64,000 bases of DNA from Octopus sinensis (lineage: Eukaryota): positions 25,606,001 through 25,670,000 of the forward strand of contig NC_043007.1 of NCBI RefSeq assembly GCF_006345805.1, read 5' to 3'. Below the pieces are notes generated by a model that saw only the letters and a program-made list of their open reading frames with translations, did no database searches and was not told the origin of the DNA. Position numbers and translations under genes: made by a program. Below, piece after piece: positions 48,955 to 63,186 of this stretch (the first letter of the stretch is position 1; each line of letters opens with the position of its first letter).

Positions 48955-51291
48955 ATGATGATGATGATGATGATGTGGTGGTGGTAGTGGTGGTGGTGAC
49001 GACGACGATGACGACTCTTTCTACTATAAGCACAAAGTCTGTAATTTTGGTAGGTGGGACTAGTTGATTATATCGACCCCAGTGTTCAGCTGGTACTTAA
49101 TTTATTGGCCCTAAAGGATGGAGGGCAACGTTGATCTTGGCAGAATGTTAACTCACCTTTCCCTTGAAAATACTAACTGGTACCTAAATTTGAAAATAAA
49201 CTGTGATGGACGAACAAATTTGGTTCGAGCATCAGAAAAATGTCATGCAGTTATTTTTGTGGTTCTTTACAGTCTGAGTTCAAATCCTCCTGTGGTGAAA
49301 TTTGCCTTCAATCTTTCTGGGGGCAGCCAATGAAATAAAGTATTAGTCAGGTACTGGCAGGTGGGTAGGTGGATTTGATGTAACCAGCAAACACCACCTC
49401 CGCTCAAAATTGCTTGCTTTGTGACTAAATTTGTAGCCACACCCCTCTGCTGTGTTTGTAAAAGGTTGTGTGAGCAATTCTCCCTTCAGCTCATTGTCTA
49501 TTACAATACCCACTCAACCAGAAACCCTCTCTAATTAGACTAATTAGTATATAAATGGTTCTATTAATAACTTTGGCATTGTTAATGAATGCAATTTTCC
49601 TTACTTATAACTCTCCACAACACCCTCGTTAATTCTCTCCCTTTCTAACTCTCCCACTTTCTCTTATGAATTCTCTCCCCACCTAATTCCCTAATCCCTG
49701 CCTTCTTAACCCTCTCCCTATATAATTTTCTTTTGCTCCCTTATATAACTCTGCCTGCTTTTCTACTTCTCTTTTTATGTGTGTGTGTGTTTGTGTTAGG
49801 GCACGTGATCCAGTGCTGTGGTTTTCAACTGAGGGCCATATGGTTCCTAAGGGTTCATATGAGATTTTTGGGGATCCACATAACAGAATCACAAATCGGG
49901 GGGTCCACAATATTGTAAGGGCTTCTGAAAAATTTTGCTTTAGATTTATGTATTGGTGTGTATTGCAAGAAACAGCTAAGTTTCCTTCTATAACATTTTA
50001 TACTGTAGTAAGCTTTCTAACTATATCATTCAAACGTGGCCCAATGCCAGTGCCGCCTTGACTGGCTTCTGTGCCGGTGGCACGTAAAAGGCACCAACTG
50101 ATCCTGGCAGTTGCCAGCCTCCCCTGGCACCTGTGCCGGTGGCACGTAAAAAGCACCCTCTACACTCATGGAGTGGTTGGCGTTAGGAAGGGCATCCAGC
50201 TGTAGAAACACTGCCAGATCAGACTGGAGCCTGGTGCAGACCCCTGGCTTCCCAGACCCCGGTCAAACCGTCCAACCCGTGCTAGCACAGAAAACGGACA
50301 TTAAACGATGATGATGATGATAATTGTATATTTTACATGGTTCAACCTATACAAGTTAATGAAGTGAAAAGCAAAATAGGAATTATGAAAGAATTATCTA
50401 TAGGCACAGGTGTGGCTGTGTGGTAATTAGCTTGCTTACCAACCACATAGTTCTGGGTTCAGTCCCACTGCATGGCATCTTGGGCTAGTGTCTTCTACTA
50501 TAGCCTCAGGCCAACCAAAGCCTTGTGAGTGGATTTGGTAGATGGAGACTGAAAGAAGCCCATCGTATATATGTGTGTTTGTGTGTCTGTGTTTGTCCCC
50601 CCACCATCGCTTGACACCGATGTTGGTGTGTTTACGCCCCCGTAACTTATAGAATAAGTACTAGGCTTATAGTATTAAATGCAAATGTGTTTGAAATATC
50701 AATTAATAGGCGCAGGAGTGGCTGTGTGGGGGTTCCGGGTTCAGTCCCACTGTGTTGCACCTAGGGCAAGTGTCTTCTACTATAGCCGCAAGCTGACCAA
50801 AGCCTTGTGAGTGGATTTGGTAGGTGGAAACAGAAAGAAGCCCATCGTATATATGTATGTGTATATATATATATGTATGTGTGTGTGTTTGTGTGTCTGT
50901 ATTTGCGCCCCCAACATTGTTTGACAACCGATGCTGGTGTGTTTATGTCCCCGTAACTTAGCGGTTTGGCAAGAGAGACCGATAGAATAAGTACTAGGCT
51001 TACAAAGAATAAGTCCTGGGGTCAATTTGCTCGACTAAAGGTGGTGCTCCAGCATGGCCAAAGTCAAATGACTGAAACAAAAGAGTAAAAGAGTAATGAT
51101 ATTGATGGGAAATGCAAAAAAGAAAAAAAATCATTTTCAAATCAGTCAATATTTTTGTAGTCCAAAAATTGTGATTTATGACACAAAATGTCCTCTAGAA
51201 TTAGCCAGAGCTAATAATGACAAACTTTAACTGCTAAATATTGTTAAACCACACCTCTGCAAACCCAATGTACATAAGCAATTTACTTTAA

Positions 51292-51512
51292 CCCTTTAGC
51301 ATTTAAACCGGCCATATCCGGCCAAAAGTATTCTGCCTGTTTTATGTTCAAAATGGCCAGATCTGGTCTCTCACACCAACCCTACAAAATCGTTTTAAAA
51401 ATTAACAGCTACCTCATCAAAATCTCATAGTTACAAGATAATGCTTGATTAGTTCAAAACAATATGGATAAAAATGCATTCATTTTGGCAGAATAATGCA
51501 AACACTAAAGGG
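51292..51512. mobile_element. piggyBac-type MITE
   Basis: TTAA|CCCTTTAG...CTAAAGGG|TTAA. Degenerate or partial copies at 54014-54236, about 59085-59200 and about 2510-2556. Confidence 0.8.
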
Positions 51513-51743
51513 TTAAATACAACGAACAACCAGCAGTGAGACTGTTTTTAGCAGATCCCTAAATGGGGCTCATGGCAAGCAATGGGTTACACACCTGATG
51601 AAAGTACTCGAGGACATTTATGAAGGACCCATATCTCACAAGAGTAAAAGAAGGGATGTTAATATACTGGTATGACAGGCATCAGCATGGCTGTGTGGTT
51701 AAGAAGGTTGCTTCTTAATAATGCGGCCTTAGTTCAATCCCAA

Positions 51744-52056
51744 GCGGAAAGTGTAACCTCTCGAAAGAGCTGTTCTTCACTCCTGCTCCAGAGCGTCGGC
51801 TGCGGGGTCACTCCGAAAAGCTCTATCTGCGACAATTTCATTTCAATCGAAAGAAAGGGGCTTTCTCCGTCCGGGTTGCGGATCCATGGAATAAGCTGCC
51901 GGACGAGATAGTGAAGATGCTGACGACCGCTCAGTTCAAAGTCTCCCTTGACCACAAATGGCCTGAACTCTTTACATGAACACCACCCTGTACATAACTC
52001 CATGTCCCCCTACATGGCCTTGCTTTTTGCTTTTTGAGCCAAACTAACTAACTAAC
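51744..52056 (+). mobile_element. CR1-group LINE 3' fragment nested in SINE A
   Basis: GKCNLSKELFFTPAPERRLRGHSEKLYLRQFHFNRKKGAFSVRVADPWNKLPDEIVKMLTTAQFKVSLDHKWPELFT* with a (CTAA)n tail; same family as 8028-8260. Confidence 0.88.
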
Positions 52057-54307
52057 CTTGTACTAAAATCCCGAGCTAACCAAAGCTTTGTGGGTGGCTT
52101 TGTTAGACGGAAACTGGAATATGTCTACCATAACAACAGATACAGGAGGCGTATGGCTTAGTGGTTAGGGATGTTGGATTCATCATTATAAGATTATGGT
52201 TTCTATTCCTGAACGAAGCGACATGTTGTGTTCTTGCTCCTGTCCACTCGGCTGGCAAAAGTGAGTAACCCTGTGATGGACCGGCGTCTCATCCAGGTGA
52301 GGAATATATACTCCATGGAAACTGAGAAATGACTCGATATGACTTGAGACGGTCAACTTTACCTTTTACCATCTATGTGTGTATGTCTTTGTGGCAGTGT
52401 TTGTCCCCCTACCTATTTCTTTACTACCCACAAGGGGCTAAACACAGAGGGGACAAATAAGGACGGACAAACGGATTAGGTTGATTATATCGACCCCAGT
52501 GCGTAACTAGTACTTATTTAATCGAGCCCGAAAGGATGAAAGGCAAAGTCGACCTCGGTGGAATTTGAACTCAGAATGTAGCAGCAGATGAAATACCGCT
52601 AAGCATTTCTGCCAGTTTGTCCCCCTACCACCACTTGACAACCGGTGTTGGTTTGTTTATGCCCCCCATAACTTAGTAAAATAGAATAAGTACCAGGTTT
52701 AAAAACTAGGCAATAGGTTGGATTTGTTCAACTAAACCCATCAAGTTGGTGCCCCAGCATGGCCACAGTCCAATGACCGAATCAAGTACAAGAGAAAAAA
52801 AATACAGAAAGTTTTATTTATTTATTTGCTTTCCAGTGAATTTTTACCTGTCTTTACCTGTAATTAGAGTAGTTACGAGGTGAAAATTGTAGTGTTCCGA
52901 ATACCAATTGAATTAAACCACTAAATAGAAAGCACCTGTTTAATTAAGCCAATAAAAAGAAAATTAAACATGTTTAATTAATTAAATGAATTAACAGATA
53001 ACCTCCCTCCTCCTCCACTCATCTCACTAAAATTTTCATGGTGATGTCGATGATGGTGGCGGTGTTGTTGTTTAACCCCAGGTCAATATTGATTGAACAG
53101 AACACTGATCTAAGGTGTTCCAGAGATGACCATCACATTTTTTTTTAGGTATAGTGTATCTAGGATTGACATTATTCAATGTGTCATTCCCTTTTTTCTA
53201 ACACAGGAAGGATGTGATTCAAGGGAGATTTAGCTACTATTGCGGGAGGTGCTTGGCTTAGTGGCTGGGGGTGCGGCACTCATGATTGTAAGATTGTGGT
53301 TTCGATTCCTGAACCAGGCAGTGCATTGAGTTCTTGAGCAAGGCACTTCATTTCACATTGCTCCAGTCCATTCAGCTGGCAAGAATTAGTAATCCTGTGG
53401 TAAACTAGCAACCCATCAAGGAAGTAGGGATGGTCCTATATTGAACTCCTAATGAATATATAACATATGTTGTACATTTATTTAATTAATTAAAAATCAC
53501 CAGTCAAATGGCATATATAAGTTTTATGCAAACTTGTCTATTTTTTTTGTTTTTTTTTTCTTGGCTGTGTGGTAAGTAGCTTGCTTACCAACCACATGGT
53601 TCTGGGTTCATTCCCACTGCGTGACACCGTGGGCAAGCGTCTTCTACTATAGCTTCGGGCCGACCAAAGCCTTGTGAGTGGATTTGGTAGATGGAGACTG
53701 AAAGAAGCCCATCGTATATATATATGTATGTGTGTATATGTTTGTGTGTCTGTGTTTGTCCCCACAACATCGCTTGACAACCAATGCTAGTGTGTTTACG
53801 TCCCGTAACTTAGCGGTTCGGCAAAAGAGACCGATGGAATAAGTACTAGGCTTCCAAAGAATAAGTACCGAGGTCGATTTGTTCGACTAAAAGGCGGTGC
53901 TCCAGCATGGCTACAGTCAAATGACTGAAACAAGTAAAGAGAGTAAGGAGCACTTGAGTGTGTGATTGTCGTTTAGCCCCAGGTCAGCCCTAATCCAGTT
54001 ACTCAATGCTCGACCCTTAAGCATTCGGATTATTCTTGTCAAATGTAATGCTTATTTATTCATATTGTTTTGAATTAATCATTGCATTATCCAAAAGCTT
54101 TGAGATTTCAACGTTGTGATTGTCGAGTTTTCAAATGACATTGTAGGATAGGTGAGAGAGGCCAGACCTGGCCCTCTTGAACATAAAACATAGAATTTAT
54201 GGGCCGGATGTGGCTGGCTTAAATGCTGAAGTGTCAAAGATGTTCCAGTCAAGATTATCTTGTCTCGTTCATATTTGCTAATCTATAGCTCTGTGTTACC
54301 TGATATG

Positions 54308-54653
54308 TCTTCTCTTTCTTTCTTTCCTTCTTTCTCTCTCTCTTTCTTTCTTTCTTTCCTTCTTTCTCCCTCTCTTTCTTTCTTTCTTTCTCCCTCTCTT
54401 TCTTTCTTTCTCCTCTCTTTCTTTCTTTCCTTCTTTCTTTCTTTCTTTCTTCCTTCTTTCTTTCTTTCTTTCTTTCTTCTTCTTTCTTTCTTTCCTTCTT
54501 TCTTTCTGTCTCTTTCTTTCTCCCTCTCTTTCTTTCTCCCTCTCTTTCTTTCTTTCCTTCTTTCTTTCTTTCCTTCTTTCTCTCTCTTTCTTTCTTTCCT
54601 TCTTTCTTCTTTCTTTCTTTCTTCTTTCTTCCTTCTCTCTCTCTTTCCTTCTT

Positions 54654-54686
<33 letters not shown>
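54308..54686. repeat. (TTTC)n-derived homopyrimidine tract, about 380 bp
   Basis: Direct reading. Confidence 0.95.
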
Positions 54687-54687
<1 letters not shown>

Positions 54688-55018
54688 TTGTTGTTGTTAA
54701 GATTAGAAGATTTGGTTTCTATTTCCAGCTGCTTGTATAACCATATAGACACTCATTCTTTTTTTGGCTTGTATGTGTCTGTATGTTTATGTATGCGTGT
54801 GTGTGTGTGTGTTTTTTTTTTTTTTTGCTTTATCTATGAAAACGATATTGATTCTGTTGGTATTATTTGTATTAAATTTGTCGCTCTCCTTGCGGTGACG
54901 TGTTTCAGTTAGTGACTCTCCACTTTCTTAATGTCCTACTAAATATTATTTAATTACCATTATTTAATAAAAGGTATCATCATCATCAATGCCACCACCA
55001 CCGATATCATCATCATCA

Positions 55019-55021
<3 letters not shown>

Positions 55022-55064
<43 letters not shown>

Positions 55065-55207
55065 CATTATTACTATTATTATTATTATTATTATTATTAT
55101 CATTATTACTATTTTTATTATTATTATTATTTTTATTATTATTATCATTATTATTATTACTATTTTTATTACTATTATTATTATTATTATTATTATCATT
55201 ATTACTA

Positions 55208-55256
<49 letters not shown>

Positions 55257-55300
55257 TTTTATTACTATTATTATTATTATTATTATTATCATTATTACTA

Positions 55301-55349
<49 letters not shown>

Positions 55350-55559
55350 TTTTATTACTAATATTATTATTATTATTATTTTATCATATTACTATTTTTA
55401 TTATTATTATTATTATATTATATATTATTATTATTATTATTACTATTTTTATTACTATTATTATTATTATTATTATCATTATTACTATTTTTATTATTAT
55501 TATCATCATCATTATTATTATTATTATCATTTTTATTTTTATTATTATTATTATTATCA

Positions 55560-55590
<31 letters not shown>

Positions 55591-55592
55591 CA
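55022..55592. repeat. (ATT)n microsatellite with a recurring ATTACTATTTTT higher-order motif
   Basis: Direct reading. Confidence 0.95.
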
Positions 55593-56008
55593 TAGGTAAG
55601 TTTGTTTCGTTGGTTCTTTTTTTTTTTTTCATATTATGTTGACTATTGATTCATCTCTTCTTGTTTGGTAATCCTGTAAGGGTGGGGAGGCAAGGGGGGG
55701 GGCAGGAGCAGGGAGCAGTGAGCAAGAACAGGGTGTGGTTAGAACCCGTTCAACCAGATTCTTAAATAACTCTGCACAGCTTGCACTTCTGCTGCTGCCG
55801 GTGTTGCTGGTGCAGTGTAGGTGGCAGGGAGTTGCATCGTGTTGTTGTTGTTGTTTTGTTGTTGTTGTTGTTACTACTATTGTAAAAGGAAAAATAAAAG
55901 GACAGAAGGAGTCGCTCCACCCTAGCCACCCCAACCACGCTCTTCCTCCATTCTTCCGACACAACCAAACCGCCATTGTTGCCATTTGTTGAATATGAAC
56001 TTTGGACA

Positions 56009-56108
56009 NNNNNNNNNNNNNNNNNNNNNNNNNNNNNNNNNNNNNNNNNNNNNNNNNNNNNNNNNNNNNNNNNNNNNNNNNNNNNNNNNNNNNNNNNNNN
56101 NNNNNNNN
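56009..56108. other. Assembly gap (100 N; true size unknown)
   Basis: Exactly 100 N, a typical scaffolding placeholder. Confidence 0.98.
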
Positions 56109-56604
56109 ACACTTCCCCACACACACACACACACATATACATGCACATATATACACTTCCCCCACACAGACATATACTTCCACATATGTACACTTCCCCA
56201 CACACACATATACTTCCACATATATATACATGCACATATATACACTTCCCCACACACCCAATCATACATCTCCCCCCCACTGCATGTATATATTTAATAA
56301 AACCCCATCTTCCTAAATCTCCCACCCCACCCACCCACCAAAAATCATGAATCATGCAGCAGAGGTGATGGTGATGGTATGGTGGCGGTGGTGGTGGTTG
56401 CTTTGTAAAAGGGAACTTCAATAAACGCCTGAGTTTGTCACATCAGTTAGTTACACAGTTAGCCACCCCTAATTGACTTTGGCACACGGGGTTTGTATTG
56501 TTTAGGGTTGTTGTGATGAGTCACTCAACAACGCTACACCCTGCACCACACCACCACCACCACCATCGCCACCATCACCACCGTGGGCTTTCATCCATCC
56601 TCGC

Positions 56605-56639
<35 letters not shown>

Positions 56640-57149
56640 GCTCTGTCTTGATCTCTCTTCCCAGTGTAAAAATCTGTTCAGCTATGTCTGTGTCTCTATG
56701 ACTCAACTAAACCTTAAGCAGCGGCGGTGGTGGAGACAGTGGTGGTGGTGGTGGAGATGGTGGTGGTGGTGGAGACGGTGGTGGCGATGGTAGTAGTGGT
56801 GGTGGTGGTGGTGGTGGCGGCGGCGGCGAAGCTTTGCATTGCTTTTACTCGGTAACCCACACTCTACCTACCGCACTGTACCTCTACCCTACCACCACCA
56901 CCCTGCCACCACACACACACTCTCTTTTAATTCTTCAACTGGTTTTACCCTTTCTTTCCCCTTCTGTCCCCCTCCTTCCCCATTGTCACCGCCGACCCTC
57001 CCCTCCCCAAGCTCACCACCCACCGGATATGTGTATGTGTGTGTGTGTGTGTGCATGCATGCGAGTATGTGTGTGTGTGTCTGTGTGCAGTTACTTACAT
57101 GTGTGCTTGTAAACACGTGGTAGCATGTACATATATATATATGTATATA

Positions 57150-57189
<40 letters not shown>

Positions 57190-57335
57190 TATACCTTCTT
57201 ACAGGTGTGTACATGTGTCTTGGTACAGGTGTCTTGTATTACTTTGTATGGATATATAGTTTATTTACCATATGAATTCTTTTGTCTGTGTGTGTGCACG
57301 AATGCATATATGTGTGTGTGTGTGTGTTATATATA

Positions 57336-57368
<33 letters not shown>

Positions 57369-57580
57369 CCTGTGAAGATATATATGATTTCAAATATCGC
57401 CCAAGGCCAGCCAGCAATTTCAGAAGAACGTGTAAGTCAATTACATCAACCCCAGTGTACAGCTGGTACTTATTTTATCAACTCTGAAAAGATGAAAGGC
57501 AAAGTCGACCTTGGCAGAATTTGAACTCAGAATCTGAAGCTAGATGAAGTGCAGTAATGCTTCTGGCAGCTTGCCTTGTC

Positions 57581-57622
<42 letters not shown>

Positions 57623-58367
57623 GGCATGGGTGTGTGGTAGGAAGCTTGCTTCCTAACCACATGGTTCCAGGTTCAGTTCCACTGCGTGGCACCTTGGGCA
57701 AGTGTCTTCTACTATACCTTTGGGCCAACAAGAGCCTTGTGAGAGGATTTGGTAGATGGAAACTGAAAGAAGCCTGTTGTATATATGTATGTGTGTGTCT
57801 TTATGTCTGTGTTTGTCCCTCCCTCGTCACTGCTTGACAACTTGTGTTGGTGTGTTTACATCCCCATGACTTAGCGGATCAGCAAAAGACACTGACGGAA
57901 TAAGCACTAGACTTACAAATAAGCCCTGGGGTCGATTTGTTCGACTAAAACTCCTCAAACTGGTGCTCCAGCATAGCCACAGTCAAATAACTGAAACAAG
58001 TAAAAAAATAAAAGTATATATATATATATATATAAATATATATAACACACAAACACATGTATGTGTGTGTGTGTTTGCATATGATTTTGTATTTGTGTAT
58101 ATAGAGCATGTAGATGTGTCTGTATATGTGTGTGTGTAGACATGTCTATTTATGTGTGTGTCAGTGTGTCTCTATACTAAATTATACGTATTCAACCCTT
58201 AACAAAATTTCCTGTAAAACTTCCTAAATGATTTTTTACTGATTTTTATTTATTTATTTATTTTTTTTTTGTCAAACAATTTCCTTTTAAACTTTCTAAA
58301 GTCAGCAGCAATTCCCATTATAATAGCAACAACAAACACCCAGTGAAATGTGCATCATCTTTGTCAC

Positions 58368-58650
58368 CACCACCACCACCATCCACCACCACATCCACCA
58401 CCACCACTACCATCCACCACCACCATCCACCACCACCACCACCATCCACCACCACCACTACCATCCACCACCACCATCCACCACCACCACCACCATCCAC
58501 CACCACCACCATCCACCACCATCACCGCCACCGCCACCACCATAATCATTGTCCCCCGCAGTAATTGCTATAATTATCACTGTCATCATCACCCCCACTG
58601 TCATTATCACCATTGCCATCATCATCACCTCTACTGCCACCACCATCATT
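58368..58650. repeat. (CCA)n/(CAT)n compound microsatellite
   Basis: Direct reading. Confidence 0.95.
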
Positions 58651-59199
58651 ATCACCACCAAGAGAATGAGGGAGCCTCTACATGTCGTTCAACTTGCTAG
58701 AAATAGCCAAATCTCCCTCAAATCATTTTAGGGGATGGATTAGTTGATTATGTTGACCGGGGCACTTGATTATGTTAACCCCCTTCCCCAGTACTTGATG
58801 CGTATGTTATTTTATCGAACCTTACCCCTGACCCCCTTTCCCAATCGAAAGTTGACCTCAATGGAATTTGAGCTTGGCGTCACACATGAAGCACCCGTGC
58901 CAGCCCCATGTAAAAGGTACATCTGCCAGCACATGTATGAAGCACCCAATACACTCTGTGAAGTGGCTGGATTTAGGAAGGGCATCCAGACGTAGAAACC
59001 ATGCCAAAACTGATGACTGCTGCCAATTGCAGCCCTCTGGTCTGTCAGCTCCTGTCAAACCATGGCAAACAGACATGAACCCATTGGCATTCAAACTAGC
59101 CATATCAGGCCCATATATTCTGGCTGTTTGGTGTTCAAACTGGCCAGATCAGGCCTCTTGCGACTACCCTGCAATGTCATTCTAAAAGTAAACAAATTC

Positions 59200-59711
<512 letters not shown>

Positions 59712-61239
59712 TGAGTGAAGAACATACCTGTAACATTTTCTCATACCTTTCCTGATCCACTGCAATCCCACATGGTTGTCCCCCTGTCCCTGTACACACG
59801 ACAATTTTTTTTCCTTTCATAGTTCCACTCCTCCTTTCACAACCACCTCACTACTCATTTTCCCTGTCATTCCACCCTCTTACTCTCTCCCTTTACTCTT
59901 TTACTTGTTTCAGTCACTCGACTGCGGCCATGCTGGAGCACCACCTTTAGTCGAGCAAATCGACCCCGGGACTTATTCTTTGTAAGCCCAGTACTTATTC
60001 TATCGGTCTCCTTTGCCGAACCGCCAAGTGACGGGGACGCAAATACACCAGCATCAGTTGTCAAGCAATGCTGGGGGACAAACACGGACATACAAACACA
60101 CACATACATATATATACATATATACGACAGGCTTCTTTCAGTTTCCGTCTACCAAATCCACTCACAAGGCATTGGTCGGCCCGGGGCTATAGCAGAAGAC
60201 ACTTGCCCAAGATGCCACGCAGTGGGACTGAACCCGGAACCACTTATTTCCTTTTTCATACTCCTTTCTTATCCATTCTACTTCTCCAATCATTTTACCA
60301 TTTAATATCTTCTCTTAAATAAGGCGGCAAGCTGGCAGAACAATTAGCACGCTGGGCAAAATGCTTAGCAGTATTTCGTCTGCCACAACGTTCTGAGTTC
60401 AAATTCCACCAGGGTCGACTTTACCTTTCATCCTTTTGGGGTCGATAAATAAATTAAGTGTCAGTGGCACGTAAAAAGCACCATCCGAATTGTGGCCGAA
60501 GCCAGTGCTGCCTCGACTGGCTTCCGTGCAGGTGGCACGTAAAATGCACCAATCCGACCGTGGCCGATGCCAGCCTCGCCTGGCACCAGTGCAGGTGGCA
60601 CGTAAAAAGTACCCACTGCACTCACGGAATGGTTGGCGTTAGGAAGGGCATCCAGCTGTAGAAACATTGCCAGATAAGACCGGAGCCTGGTGCAGCCTTC
60701 TGGCTTCCCAGATCCCCGGTCGAACCATCCAACCCATGCTAGCATGGAGAACGGACGTTAAACGATGATGATGACCAGTTGCATACTGGGGTCGATCTAA
60801 TGGACTAGCCCCCTCCCCCAAAATTTTGGGCCTTGTGCCTAGAGTAAAGAATATTTTCTCTAATAACCTATAAGCCTTGTACTTATGGTAGAAATGATTA
60901 CTATTATGATAATAATGAAGACAGTGAGCTGGCAGAATTGTTAGCATGCTGGGCAAAATGCTTGGCGGCATTTCGTCTGTCTTTACATTCTGAGTTCAAA
61001 TTCTGCCAAGGTCGTTGACCTTGCCTTTCATCCTTGGTCGATAAAATAAGTACCAGTTGTGTACTGGGGGTCGATGTAATCGATTATCCCCTATTCTGAA
61101 ATTTCAGGCCTCGTGACTATATTAGAAAGAATTATTATGATGACAATGGCAGTAGAGTGTTCCAAACCAGCAAAAGTTTCGTGTCAATACAGTTCCTGGT
61201 TTGAATGCTAAGATATTCCCAGCTTAGATCTAACAATAT

Positions 61240-61544
61240 CACATGATCACGTGTCCGACCAGTCCATCAGATGTAGTTACACATCGCTGGTCACAATGCG
61301 TTGGCATTGTTTTAGCCTTCAGATGACACCACCCCGCTGGCTAAGCAAGCAGGTCAACAGAAGAAAGAGTGGGAGAAAGAGTGGTGAAAGAGTACAGCAG
61401 GGATCACCACCCCCTGCCGGAGCCTCGTGGAGCTTTTAGGTGTTTTCGCTCAATAAACACACACAACGCCCGGTCTGGGAACCGAAACCGCGATCCTACG
61501 ACCGTGAGTCCGCTGCCCTAACCACTTGGCCATTGCGCCTCCAC
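61240..61544 (-). mobile_element. tRNA-Arg-like SINE with an alternative tail B
   Basis: Same head and body as 79-460 but a different 3' part ending GATCACGT-type repeats; 14-bp TSD AGATCTAACAATAT. An orphan tail B lies at 6631-6749. Confidence 0.85.
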
Positions 61545-62864
61545 AGATCTAACAATATATCCTGATAAACTTTACAAGCCAACAGTAAATCCAATCTTTT
61601 CAGCATCATCGTCATCATGACCACCACCACAGTTATCATCACTACACTCCCCATCTTCACCACCACCACCACCTCCACATTTACTGTCATTATCGCTGCA
61701 CCAATGCCATCGCCAACACCATCACAATCGCCATCATTATCTGTTATTTTATGCTGGCATTTCTATGAAGAAAAGTCTGCCTTAATAACTTAAATACTTC
61801 CACTCGGTGTTGCTTTATCTGTGGCCTGACTCGTTTATCTCCCTTTATGGCTCACTCTCTAAAACACTTCTATAGGCTAAAATGACTAACTCAAAGATCG
61901 GCTGGCCTGTTTTGTCAGCATCATCAACCAGATCATTTGCCCTCGTCTGAGAAGATGACCCTGGGAAAACTATGAGCATTCTCCATCTCATTCTTCTCTT
62001 CTTTAACAATTGTGTCATCTGGAGCCAAGGCTGGATTAAGACCCATCGAGGCCCTAAGCGCTTAAAATATTTTGGTGCCCCCTTAAAAGATTATGTAGTT
62101 CAAAATATAAACAATAACAAACCATGGAATTAGTTTTTATTTTTCAAAACGAAAAAAATGGCGGTGCCCCAGCATGGCCACAGCTCATTAGCTGAAACTG
62201 GAAAAATCAAAATCAAAATCAAAACAGCAAGAGGGAATATAATGTTTATTTTTGTATTCTTGCAATTTTTTTATATTTGAAAAAAGTTTCCCCAGATCAT
62301 CTTGGGGCACTCACCATTGTAACTGTTTTAAAGTGGGTTCCTCCCACTGGTGTGATGTGTGACTGCCATTGTACTGAAGTTGCTGTTTTATGCTAGTAGC
62401 CACAATAGTTACTAGTCATCAGATACCGTTGTATCTCTTCATACCAGAATAGTAATACACTAACCTCTTGTTTTACTATTGCTGATAGCTCCACAAGACA
62501 CTGACAACGACTGTTGGCTCTCAACTCTTTGAGTCTCAACCCTAACTTGATGACTGGCTACTGGCGTATTTATAATGGCTGGCACCTACCACTTTTTACC
62601 AAGTGGTTGGGCTGTACAGTTTTACTATACAACAGTAACTGATGGAGTGTTAGTTATAAATGAGTGTCAATGTCATACAAGCAGTGTCATTCATTTCTGA
62701 TACACTACGAGAACATCTCTATTCATGGGTTAACGTTGGTGAGAGTTGGTAACAGGGAGGAGATCTACCCATAGAAAATCTGCCCCTTATAAACTGTATC
62801 TGTTCCAAGGACAATTACAATGATGATGATGATGTATCCCTCTATTTATGCTTTCTATTTTCAG

Positions 62865-63085
62865 AACTGGAAGCAACCCACTTATCCGTCTCAACAAGAT
62901 CTGGGGAGGTCAAAACGGTGGCATTCTTGTCTACAACAGTGGACTAGGGATGATTGCTCATAATGAAATATTTGACAATGCCATGGCTGGGGTATGGATT
63001 AAGACAGATAGTAATCCTGTTCTACGCAATAATAAAATACATGATGGCAGAGACGGTGGTATTTGTATTTTCAACGGTGGTAAAG
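62865..63085 (+). CDS. FBXO11: FBXO11 exon 11 (gene continues beyond the window)
   Basis: ttttcag|A...AAAG|gtacgt. (R)[73 protein letters not shown](G). Confidence 0.96.
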
Positions 63086-63186
63086 GTACGTAGCTTTCAC
63101 ACTTGTTACACAAGAGGAAAAAATTAACTTTGCATTGTTGTTGTTGTTGTTATTGTTATTATTGTTATTATTATTATTATTATTAT

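Noticed and set aside
51590-51640. Hammerhead (CACCTGATGAAAG...)
   Set aside because: No stem II closing onto GAAA and no cleavage triplet or stem I partner.
55629-56421. Minus-strand ORFs of 210-219 aa as a nested gene
   Set aside because: They run through the N gap and simple repeats, with no recognisable domain or convincing splice structure.
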